From Candidatus Latescibacterota bacterium (lineage in GTDB: Bacteria; Latescibacterota; UBA2968; UBA8231): DNA of 64,000 nucleotides. This document shows positions 9,072 through 17,557 of this stretch, one piece after another (position 1 is the first letter of the stretch; the number at the start of each line of letters is the position of its first letter). The stretch lies in NCBI GenBank assembly GCA_965217585.1, contig OZ244561.1, forward strand, positions 1,952,001 to 2,016,000. Direction: 5' to 3'. The notes under the pieces were generated by a model, which had not been told where the DNA came from, made no database searches, and was given only the letters and a program-made list of their open reading frames with translations. Position numbers and translations under genes: made by a program.

Positions 9072-10775
9072 ATGCAACACAAAGAAGACATGCAACACAA
9101 ACTAATCGCTGTGATCGGCAACACACCGCAAGTTATGACAGAAACTTTCTGGGCATTGCGTGTCCAGCGCCATGCGCCCATCGACGAAGTGTTTGTGATG
9201 ACGACAACCATGGGCAAAGAAACCTGTCAGCAACGCCTCTTGGACGAAGGCCGGTTTGCAAAGATGTTGTCGGACTACGATATCGACCTCAATACGGTCG
9301 AGTTCGACGCCGATCATATCCTTGTATTTGAAGATGCCAAGGGCAATAATTTGGATGACATCCGAACCTCAGAAGAGAATCGTTTAGCCCGAGATCAAAT
9401 TTTCAACAAAATTGAAGAGTGGACAAGAGATCCTAACGTCGCTTTGCATTGTTCTCTAGCGGGCGGGCGAAAGTCAATGGGTTTTATACTGGGTGCGGCT
9501 ATTCACTTTTTCGGTCGGCCGCAAGACCGGCTCTATCACGTTTTGGTTTCCGTGCCTGAGATAGAACGAAGCGATGCGTCCTATTATTATCCACCAAAGA
9601 AGCCAGAACCTATTGTTGTCTTTAATCGCAGCACGGGCCGAGAGGAGCCTCTGGTTGTCAGGGGTCGGGAGGTCATGAGCGATGCTGTGAGCATTGAGTT
9701 GGCTGAGGTGCCATTTTGTCGACTGCGCGATGTGGTACAATTTGTGGCCCCCGGACAATATACCGAAGACACGCTGAGCCTGACACAGCAAGCTTTAAAT
9801 AATTACGCAAAGCAGATGCAGGAGCAGTATATGACGCAAATCGCGTCAGGCGCAGAAGATCGGTTTCCAGAAATTATTGGTCAGAGTAGCGGTATTTTGG
9901 GTGTTAAGGATAAGATCAAACTATACGCGCCTTATGATCGTTCGGTGTTGATTACAGGTCCTACCGGGTCTGGCAAAGAACTGGTTGCTGAGGCGCTGCA
10001 CAAAGCAAATGAGAGGTCGGAAGTATATATCTCCCAAAATTGCGCGACGCTGGGAGATTTGGCGGAGAGTCAATTGTTTGGTCATGAAAAGGGGGCATTT
10101 ACGGACGCTAAAGAGGAGCATCGAGGGCTCTTCGAACAAGCGGATGGAGGCACGCTATTTCTCGATGAAATCAATTCGCTTCGATCCGATGTGCAGGCGA
10201 TGCTTTTGCGGGTTCTGGAAGACGGGAAGATACGGCGAATGAAAAGCGAGAAAGATATATCAGTGAAGGTACGTGTTGTTGCCGCGACTAATGAAGACCT
10301 AGATGCAAAGGAGAGCACGTTTCGCCGCGATCTCAGAAGTCGTTTTTCTTTTGAGATTGCGTTGCCAGCGCTCAAGGACCAGCGGGAAGATATTCCATTG
10401 CTTGCCCATCACTTTTTGAAAGCTTTTTCAGACGAAGAGGGAAAGTCTTTTGCGGGTTTTACGGACGAAGCTATGTGTGCGCTGCAAGCCTATGATTGGC
10501 CCCGCAATATCCGACAGTTAAAGTCTGCTATCGAAAATGCAGCTATTCTGACGCCAGAGAATCAATTGATTGTACCCGATGTTTTATTTGATCAAGAGGG
10601 TTCTGATACATTTCATGGCACGTTTAAAGAGGGCATGACGCAGATTGCAAGAAAGAGAATTCAAGACGCGCTGGCACAAACGGGGGGCAATATTACACAA
10701 GCCGCAAAGATTCTTGGTGCTAATCGGTCAACGCTGAGCAAAATAATAAAAAAATATAGGTTGAAAGAGTCGTAA
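9072..10775 (+). CDS. CARF (Cas_NE0113/Csx14/Crn1-like) domain fused to sigma54-dependent AAA+ activator and Fis-type HTH
   Basis: N-terminus GNTPQVMTETFWAL, DDIRTSEEN, SLAGGRKSMG, DRLYHVLV; then GPTGSGKE (Walker A), ESQLFGHEKGAFTDA, LFLDEI (Walker B), VAATN, WPRNIRQL; C-terminus GNITQAAKILGANRSTL. Confidence 0.92.
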   Translation: MQHKEDMQHKLIAVIGNTPQVMTETFWALRVQRHAPIDEVFVMTTTMGKETCQQRLLDEGRFAKMLSDYDIDLNTVEFDADHILVFEDAKGNNLDDIRTSEENRLARDQIFNKIEEWTRDPNVALHCSLAGGRKSMGFILGAAIHFFGRPQDRLYHVLVSVPEIERSDASYYYPPKKPEPIVVFNRSTGREEPLVVRGREVMSDAVSIELAEVPFCRLRDVVQFVAPGQYTEDTLSLTQQALNNYAKQMQEQYMTQIASGAEDRFPEIIGQSSGILGVKDKIKLYAPYDRSVLITGPTGSGKELVAEALHKANERSEVYISQNCATLGDLAESQLFGHEKGAFTDAKEEHRGLFEQADGGTLFLDEINSLRSDVQAMLLRVLEDGKIRRMKSEKDISVKVRVVAATNEDLDAKESTFRRDLRSRFSFEIALPALKDQREDIPLLAHHFLKAFSDEEGKSFAGFTDEAMCALQAYDWPRNIRQLKSAIENAAILTPENQLIVPDVLFDQEGSDTFHGTFKEGMTQIARKRIQDALAQTGGNITQAAKILGANRSTLSKIIKKYRLKES

Positions 10776-10792
10776 ACGTCGTGTGGGGAGAG

Positions 10793-10829
10793 TGTGCAGA
10801 ATTGCACGCACGCCGTGCAATTCTGCACA
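10793..10829. promoter_or_regulatory. Inverted pair of GTGCAGAATTGCAC dyads (putative activator binding sites; also forms a 16-bp stem-loop)
   Basis: GTGCAGAATTGCAC at 10794-10807 and its reverse complement at 10815-10828. Confidence 0.7.
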
Positions 10830-10950
10830 GTGGTCTGATATGCTTTGGCGGCAACCGGATAATTCACTGATTTTTAACAACTTAAGAGAGCGCCGTTTGC
10901 CGAGTTAGGCCGAAAATCGCAAAAAGTGCCCGAACTATTGCCATAACAGC

Positions 10951-10964
10951 GTGCAGAATTGCAC
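10951..10964. promoter_or_regulatory. Third identical GTGCAGAATTGCAC dyad (putative UAS)
   Basis: Exact 14-bp copy about 90 bp upstream of the -24 element. Confidence 0.7.
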
Positions 10965-11053
10965 GACTGGACATGTTGTCGTCCATCTCCTGTTTTCAAA
11001 AAATATTACATAACCTATTGTTTTTATTTATTTTTTGAGAATAACAGAAGGTT

Positions 11054-11069
11054 TGGCACGCAGATTGCA
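11054..11069 (+). promoter_or_regulatory. Sigma54 (RpoN) -24/-12 promoter
   Basis: TGGCACG-CAGA-TTGCA matches consensus TGGCACG-N4-TTGCW; preceded by an AT-rich IHF-like tract (TAACCTATTGTTTTTA) and followed by AAGGAGG and ATG 11102. Confidence 0.9.
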
Positions 11070-11101
11070 TATAAAGAACCAAACCTTAAAGGAGGAACAG
11101 C

Positions 11102-11452
11102 ATGAACACTATAATCAATCAAGGGGATGAGCAATATTATTCTCAGGGCGGCTTCTGGAATAAGTTGCGCAACTTCGCGCGTACCGCGGGTCGGGAAGTC
11201 GTCGAGAATGCCCTGTCGCTCTACTACACCGCACAGGCCCCTGAAACACCGGCCTGGGCCAAGACGATTATCTATGGGGTACTGGGATACTTCATTCTGC
11301 CGGTCGATGCAATTCCCGACCTAATCCCAGTCGTCGGCTTCAGCGACGATTTGGCTGCGTTGGTCGCTGCACTCGCTACCGTGGGGATCCATGTGACGCC
11401 TGAGATTAAAAACCGCGCCAAGAAGAAAGCAGCCGAGTGGTTTGGAGATTAA
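11102..11452 (+). CDS. YkvA/DUF1232 family small membrane protein
   Basis: FWNKL, TPAWAK and LGYFILPVDAIPDLIPVVGFSDD. Confidence 0.9.
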   Translation: MNTIINQGDEQYYSQGGFWNKLRNFARTAGREVVENALSLYYTAQAPETPAWAKTIIYGVLGYFILPVDAIPDLIPVVGFSDDLAALVAALATVGIHVTPEIKNRAKKKAAEWFGD

Positions 11453-11525
11453 TGGATAATCACATCCGAGTCGAGCCGACGGCAAAGGCCGTCTCCGCCG
11501 CGATGTTAGAAGGGGAGTATCTATA

Positions 11526-12155
11526 ATGAACAGAGAATTATCAGAAGGCAAGATGGTGCCCGTATTGAATTGGGCTTATGATAAAGCGGTCAATGGTGTT
11601 GCCGGCTTAGATTCTGCCGGGGAGCTTGCAGAGAGCTATATGAGCAGGGGAGGCTCACGAGTCGATCAAGTCAATTCACTTATACGGTGGCAGAATACTA
11701 AGGCTGGAACCTCCGGCTTCGTGACTGGGTTCGGTGGCTTATTAACTATGCCGGTCACAGTCCCTGCTAGTATTTCGAGCGTACTGTACATCCAAGTGAG
11801 AATGATTGCTGCTATTGCGCATATAGGTAGTCATGACTTAACAGATGATCGTGTTAAAACACTTGTGTATGTCTGCTTAACGGGAAACGCGGCCAGAGAG
11901 GTTCTCAAAGACGTTGGGGTTGTTATTGGTACAAAGCTTACAACAAACGCAATTAAGCGTATTTCAGGGAGAACACTAGCTGCAATCAATCGAAAAGTAG
12001 GATTTCGGTTGTTTACTAAGTTTGGCGAAAAAGGTGCTATCAATTTAGGTAAAGCAGTCCCGTTTGTAGGTGCGGTAATAGGAGCTACTGTTGACTCTGT
12101 CTCCACAAATACTATCGGAAATGTTGCGAGGGACACGTTTGTCACCTTGAAATGA
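11526..12155 (+). CDS. EcsC family protein
   Basis: SGFVTGFGGLLTMPVTVPA, QVRMIAAIA, INRKVGFRLFTKFG and KAVPFVGAVIG. Confidence 0.8.
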   Translation: MNRELSEGKMVPVLNWAYDKAVNGVAGLDSAGELAESYMSRGGSRVDQVNSLIRWQNTKAGTSGFVTGFGGLLTMPVTVPASISSVLYIQVRMIAAIAHIGSHDLTDDRVKTLVYVCLTGNAAREVLKDVGVVIGTKLTTNAIKRISGRTLAAINRKVGFRLFTKFGEKGAINLGKAVPFVGAVIGATVDSVSTNTIGNVARDTFVTLK

Positions 12156-12176
12156 GCAATAGAAAAGGAGAATAAA

Positions 12177-14804
12177 ATGGAAACGGGCAAGATCAAAAAG
12201 TGGATCGAGGATAAAGGCTACGGGTTCATTGTGAATGATCTTGAAGAAGATGTCTTCTTTCACATCAGCGGCAGTCAAGCCTTAAAGGGCAAGGAAGAAT
12301 CTCTGGTCGAGGGAGCAGTCGTTGTTTTCGACAAACGGCCCTCCCCGAGACACGCAGGCCGGTACGAGGCAAAGAATGTCCGTTTACAAGACCACATAGT
12401 TTCTTCCACAGCGCAAGAAGCCGTAGAGTCCAGTCCGTCAAGCGCCGAAACACACGACCACTTTCACAATCCATATACCTTCGTCCCTTCTCCGCCGCGT
12501 CAGGATGCAATAAAAACTGGCGGATTTGCAGGCGATTTTGATCCGTTGGAATGTGGCCGGGGCCTCAGCCATGCATCTCTAAAGCCTGACCTGTGGACAG
12601 GGTACCTGCCCATCAAGCTGACCACCGTCACACCCTTGGTATTGCCCAAAACTGATGGCAAAGAACGTTCGTCAACTGAGCACCATACTTATGATGTACT
12701 CAACCATTTGCCGGAGTCGTCCGTGCGCGGCATGCTGCGCAGCACATACGAGGTAGTGACAAACTCGCGCTATAGTTGTTTTAGGAACGACGACCGACTG
12801 GCCTATCGCATGGAAACTAGGGAAGCTCTGAAGCTCATTCCAGCGGTTATCGAAAATGGCAAAGGGGCTGGGGAATTGGTGGCGCGTTTGTATACTGGAA
12901 CCAGCCATGCCACGGCTCAAAAGCCTAATGGACACGGAGAAAAAGGTGCAATGTATGCAGCAATGCTGACACGCTATCACAAGAATTCAAATCTGAATTC
13001 GGAGTGTGTAGGGGGGTATGATCCTCGGACTGGGGACGAAGTTTGGGCGGAGATCGAGCTTTGTCAGCACCGGCGAGGCTACCGGTTCTGGAAGGCAATC
13101 AGAGTTTGGCCAAAGAGCGGGCATCCCAAAGAACCATCGACTACAGGAAAAATCGTCGAAGGGCGCGTTTTGGTCACCAATCAAAACATGGGCAACAAAC
13201 ATGATGAGCGGATTTTCTTCAATCCCAAACCAGATACGTTTGAAGTGACCGACCATCTCAAAGAGTCTTGGCGCATGCGCATCAAAAGCTATAGGGAAGC
13301 ACACCCTGAGAACGATATTTTTAAGCGGCCACGAGGTGCGAAGCCCTGGGGGAAAATCGGCAATAACCCTGGAGAAACAGCATGGTCGCCGCATTTATAT
13401 CAGGATGGTAAACACCGGGACCGCTGGGGCAGAAACACACATGACGCAATGGAATTGCAAGCGGGAGATCTGGTGTATGCCCGCGGCAAATTCGATACAA
13501 AGGGGAATATCACGGATATTGAAGATCTTTTCCCAGTCATGATCTCCCGTGAGTTGTATGACAATAGCCCCAAAGACCTTCTCGATTCCTCACTAAACGA
13601 TTCCTTACTAAAGCCAGCGAGTAAGAGAAGTGAGTTGTCTCCCGCGGATCGTCTATTCGGGTGGGTACCTCAGAAATCCGGTAGCGACCAAGGCTACAGG
13701 GGTCGCATACGAGTCGTCTGTGAGGATGGCGCACGACCAGAAATCATCGAGGACTTTGCTGGTAAGTCCTTGCCCCTTGCTATCCTGGGACAACCGAAAC
13801 CCGCACAGGGCCGTTTTTATGTAGCCAAGGATGATCAAGGCAGGCCGCAAGAAGATGGCCTTGACAAGAAACAGGCAGGCTATAGTAAAGGCAAGGGCCT
13901 ACGAGGCCGTAAGCAGTACTGGCATCATAAAGGACTGGAAGCCGATAAGGCATCGGACTATTGGAAGCCGTCAGTTGAGGACCGAACACAGCAACAAAGT
14001 AATGGTCGGCACCAAGAATATCGCCGTCCTGATGGAGAGTCTCAAACCGATCCTCAAAATCGCAGCATTCGAGGGTGGATCAAGCCCAATACCGTTTTTA
14101 AGGTATCCCTGTATGTGCAAAATCTGCAAACTGAAGAGATTGGCGCATTGCTTTGGCTACTGTCGCTTCCCGAAGGCCATTATTTTCGGCTAGGCTACGG
14201 CAAGCCATTGGGTTTTGGGAGTGTGAGGATGGAAGTAGATGAGGAGCGATGCGTAAATGGGGGTCTGCCACTTGGCACCGGAGAAGAGTGGAAAAACTAC
14301 TATGCGGCTTTCGATGCATCCTCCCCGGCAACGCTGGATGAAGGGCAACGAAACAACTGTATTCAGAAATTTAAGGCCAGTATGGTGACCGCGTACAAGC
14401 CTCTTCCAGCTAATGACGAAGCCATCAATAGGAGTGAAGGCCAGGAAGCATCTGATAAGTCCCACCGAATTACGTCCTTTGCTGATCTCAAACATGTTCC
14501 TATCAAGACAATTCCGACCACTCCAGAAGATCGGAAGAAGTCCGAGGAACAGCGCTTTGACGAATTGCCTTTTATCAGTGGATTTCTGCAAGTCCTAAGC
14601 GGTCCGAAAAATGACGCACCCATTCACTATCCACGTCTGGAACGCAAACCGAACCCAGAGGGTGAGAATTTCAAATGGTTTGTCGATAATGAGAAAGGGC
14701 AAGGTAAGAAGGTCACGCTTCCAGCGGCTACGGACGAGAAGGGGTTACCTTATCAGCCATCAAGCGGTGCCGTTCACAGTTCACGCACAAAGAGGAGACG
14801 ATAA
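12177..14804 (+). CDS. cas7: Type III-D Cas7-insertion RAMP (TIGR03986-like) with N-terminal cold-shock domain
   Basis: CSD: GKIKKWIEDKGYGFI...DVFFHIS; RAMP: FHNPYTFVP, LPESSVRGMLRSTYE, PADRLFGWV, LGQPKP, LRGRKQYWH and LGYGKPLGFGS. Confidence 0.9.
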   Translation: METGKIKKWIEDKGYGFIVNDLEEDVFFHISGSQALKGKEESLVEGAVVVFDKRPSPRHAGRYEAKNVRLQDHIVSSTAQEAVESSPSSAETHDHFHNPYTFVPSPPRQDAIKTGGFAGDFDPLECGRGLSHASLKPDLWTGYLPIKLTTVTPLVLPKTDGKERSSTEHHTYDVLNHLPESSVRGMLRSTYEVVTNSRYSCFRNDDRLAYRMETREALKLIPAVIENGKGAGELVARLYTGTSHATAQKPNGHGEKGAMYAAMLTRYHKNSNLNSECVGGYDPRTGDEVWAEIELCQHRRGYRFWKAIRVWPKSGHPKEPSTTGKIVEGRVLVTNQNMGNKHDERIFFNPKPDTFEVTDHLKESWRMRIKSYREAHPENDIFKRPRGAKPWGKIGNNPGETAWSPHLYQDGKHRDRWGRNTHDAMELQAGDLVYARGKFDTKGNITDIEDLFPVMISRELYDNSPKDLLDSSLNDSLLKPASKRSELSPADRLFGWVPQKSGSDQGYRGRIRVVCEDGARPEIIEDFAGKSLPLAILGQPKPAQGRFYVAKDDQGRPQEDGLDKKQAGYSKGKGLRGRKQYWHHKGLEADKASDYWKPSVEDRTQQQSNGRHQEYRRPDGESQTDPQNRSIRGWIKPNTVFKVSLYVQNLQTEEIGALLWLLSLPEGHYFRLGYGKPLGFGSVRMEVDEERCVNGGLPLGTGEEWKNYYAAFDASSPATLDEGQRNNCIQKFKASMVTAYKPLPANDEAINRSEGQEASDKSHRITSFADLKHVPIKTIPTTPEDRKKSEEQRFDELPFISGFLQVLSGPKNDAPIHYPRLERKPNPEGENFKWFVDNEKGQGKKVTLPAATDEKGLPYQPSSGAVHSSRTKRRR

Positions 14805-14806
14805 CC

Positions 14807-15898
14807 ATGGGAACACAACTCATTCTTACAATTGGAACTAATCCACTACCAGTGTGGGTGGCGTGGCATCATTTGAAAGAGAAACTGCAAGAACCGATCA
14901 AGGTTCGATTTGTGCATACTGCAGGCACGGTGGACGAAACAGACCGACTACAGAAGTATTGTCAAGGTGCGTCTCTCCTTGATCCCATTCAAACGTCGGC
15001 GGGTAATCCAGGGACTGTACGCGGTGATATCAGGCATATATTAAAAGATTTATCAGCTGAGACAACTGATCTTCACGTCCACTACACCGGCGGCACTAAG
15101 GTGATGGGCGTTGAAACGGTTTCCGCTATTGAAGCCCACCTACGAGCGGAGCAGAACATTCGCCTACAAACCTCCTATCTTGATCCACGTGGCGCATCAG
15201 GCCCGATTATCGTAAGTCGGAGCGGTCCTCTCGTAGAGGATACCCGTCGGGGAATTGATCCTTGTCTTAGTCGCATCGCCGAACTCGACGGCTTTACGAT
15301 TGGACCATTTGAATACCGATACTGGGATAGCTCAATTAAAGACCATAAGGTGCAAGAATGCTCGGCCCCCGGAACACCTAGTCAAGATCAACTGGACGAG
15401 GGCCGAGAGGCACTTAAGGCCAGACGTATCGATGATCCCGATCTTCTCGAGTACGGCGCGTATGCTGCCTTTGAGGAAGCTCTGGAGAGAATTTCCGCGA
15501 GCAATTTGGATCGAAAAAACTATGAAATTTTTCACAGAGTGTACGTCCGGCGGGCTGGGAAAAAAGACCCGAATGTTAAGCCTTTTGAACTCGATGTAGT
15601 TGCGGTGCTGGGGTATCAAATTGTCGTTGTTTCGTGTACCGTTGATTCTGTTCACGACCGAATCAAACAAAAAGGTATGGAGGCTATTCTACGGGCACGG
15701 CAACTCGGTGGTGATGAAGCGCGGGCCATTGTTTTTTGTAGCGCTCACCCGAATGACGCTAAACTCATCGAAGATGAGCTAATGGATGAAATGGGTAGTG
15801 CAAGTGAGCCCCTGCAAGTCTGGGGACGTAATAAGAAGAGAGGGCTACCCGGTGAGTTTTATCGATACCTGCGCAATGACCTGCATTGGATGTTATAA
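14807..15898 (+). CDS. CARF + PD-(D/E)XK nuclease, Can1/Can2(Card1)-like cOA effector
   Basis: LTIGTNPLPVWV and HYTGGTKVM (CARF); FELDVVAVLGYQIVVVSCT...ARQLGGDEAR (nuclease). Confidence 0.82.
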   Translation: MGTQLILTIGTNPLPVWVAWHHLKEKLQEPIKVRFVHTAGTVDETDRLQKYCQGASLLDPIQTSAGNPGTVRGDIRHILKDLSAETTDLHVHYTGGTKVMGVETVSAIEAHLRAEQNIRLQTSYLDPRGASGPIIVSRSGPLVEDTRRGIDPCLSRIAELDGFTIGPFEYRYWDSSIKDHKVQECSAPGTPSQDQLDEGREALKARRIDDPDLLEYGAYAAFEEALERISASNLDRKNYEIFHRVYVRRAGKKDPNVKPFELDVVAVLGYQIVVVSCTVDSVHDRIKQKGMEAILRARQLGGDEARAIVFCSAHPNDAKLIEDELMDEMGSASEPLQVWGRNKKRGLPGEFYRYLRNDLHWML

Positions 15899-15913
15899 GA
15901 TAAGGATATAATT

Positions 15914-17557
15914 ATGTCAACTTCTCTTTATACTGGTCAATGTATCGCGGTCTTCGGTACTGCGAGTCTTCAGCGATACATCTTTCAGAGCAATCGCCTG
16001 AAAGAGAACCTCGGCGCGTCCTATCTGGTAAAATACTGGCTCGAAGATGGCTTGCCTGAGTCTATAAAGCAAGCTGGCCACACAATTGATACGACCACAT
16101 GGGATACGTACCAAGAGAATCCTTCGATGTCTCCACCTGAAAAGCCGGTAGACATGACGAAAAGTGCTAATCTCATCTATGTCGGTGGGGGGAATGCCGC
16201 GCTGTTATGCAAAACCCAAGAGATTGCTAAAGATGCTGTCAAATCATGGAGCTGCGAGCTACTCAAAAAAGCTCCTGGACTCCGGGTGGCCGTTGGATAT
16301 GCAGATGTTGAGAACTCTCTGGCTGTGGCATATAGAGACGCATTGGATGATCTCGCCAGTTGCGAGGAGGCACTGCCTTTTGGAGACACCCTGTACGGCT
16401 TACCCGTTGTTCGCACCTGTACCACGACGGGACTCCCAGCAAGCGTGCCCAGCGAGGAAAACAATGCGGAGTGGATATCACTGTCTGCGATGAGCAAGCG
16501 GAATCAAGTCGGCTCCGAACGCGAGCCCGGTGTTGCCCAAAAGGATATCAGGCGGAAATTCAAACCAGTTCTAAAAGAAGACCAATACTTTGCCATAGAA
16601 CTTAACAAATTAGGAGGCCGTAAAGGAGAATCGCATATCGCTGTAGTACATGCCGACGGCAATGGAATGGGCAAACATCTCATAGATGTAGTAAACAGTG
16701 CAGGAGAAGATGCGGACTTCCTCCATCACATCCGGGCGTTTTCTGCCTCTGTGTCGCTTCTGTCCCAGAATGCCCTAAAGGAGACTTTGCAATATCTACG
16801 AGAAGCTTTGCCGAGTCTGAAAGATGATTTGTCGCTGGAAGATGAAAAAATCTTTCCTCTGCGTCCCATCGTGTATGGCGGCGATGATTTGACGTTTGTC
16901 TGCGATGGTCGCTTGGGGCTCGATCTGGCTGCCTTCTATTTGAAGGAGTTTTCCAAGGGCACGATCAATGTCTGCGGTGAGGACAAGCCCGTTGATGCAT
17001 GTGCTGGGGTAGCCATTGTGCCTACGAAATTTCCCTTTGCTCGCGCGTATCATTTTGCCGAAGAACTATGCGGATTGACCAAGTCACACCTTCGCCAAGA
17101 GAATTTAACCGGCAGTTGGCTGGATTTTCAGATCATTCAGGAAGGTTCCACTCGTTCCGTTTCCGCACTCAGAGCCACACAGTATCGCAGCCTCGAAGGG
17201 CAAACGCTCCATCAGCGCCCGTATCAGGTGCCAGAAAAATGGGACGATTTTGTCTCGATTTTGAATAAATTCCAATCCCAACAATGGCCCCGCAGCCGCG
17301 CCAAAGGTCTTTTGCAGGCTCTAACTCAAGGACCGGTCGCAACCCAACGATTTATTGAAGGCACACAATGGCGTGATATAAATTTGCCATACATAGAGGG
17401 CTTGGATGCGAATGCACAAAAAATGGGTTGGACGGGTGGGGATTCCTCGAATAGCAGCACGCCGTATTTCGACCCGCTCGAAGCACTTGATTTCTATTTA
17501 GAAGTGAAGCCAGCAACAGATGGTGAGAGTGCAGGGAAGGAGATAACGAATGACTGA
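15914..17557 (+). CDS. cas10: Cas10, HD-less, with intact cyclase palm
   Basis: QRYIFQSNRLKENLGAS, VVHADGNGMG, PIVYGGDD and ACAGVAIV..KFPFARAY; 547 aa with no N-terminal HD domain. Confidence 0.95.
   Translation: MSTSLYTGQCIAVFGTASLQRYIFQSNRLKENLGASYLVKYWLEDGLPESIKQAGHTIDTTTWDTYQENPSMSPPEKPVDMTKSANLIYVGGGNAALLCKTQEIAKDAVKSWSCELLKKAPGLRVAVGYADVENSLAVAYRDALDDLASCEEALPFGDTLYGLPVVRTCTTTGLPASVPSEENNAEWISLSAMSKRNQVGSEREPGVAQKDIRRKFKPVLKEDQYFAIELNKLGGRKGESHIAVVHADGNGMGKHLIDVVNSAGEDADFLHHIRAFSASVSLLSQNALKETLQYLREALPSLKDDLSLEDEKIFPLRPIVYGGDDLTFVCDGRLGLDLAAFYLKEFSKGTINVCGEDKPVDACAGVAIVPTKFPFARAYHFAEELCGLTKSHLRQENLTGSWLDFQIIQEGSTRSVSALRATQYRSLEGQTLHQRPYQVPEKWDDFVSILNKFQSQQWPRSRAKGLLQALTQGPVATQRFIEGTQWRDINLPYIEGLDANAQKMGWTGGDSSNSSTPYFDPLEALDFYLEVKPATDGESAGKEITND

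Noticed and set aside
9072-10775. Calling the regulator RtcR or a Csm6 nuclease
   Set aside because: No rtcA/rtcB in the window, the CARF motifs are NE0113-type, and no HEPN nuclease domain is evident; the C-terminus is a sigma54 AAA+/HTH
10793-10829. Hairpin as a plain Rho-independent terminator
   Set aside because: No U-tract follows and the arm recurs alone at 10951, which fits a binding site better; a pausing role is not excluded
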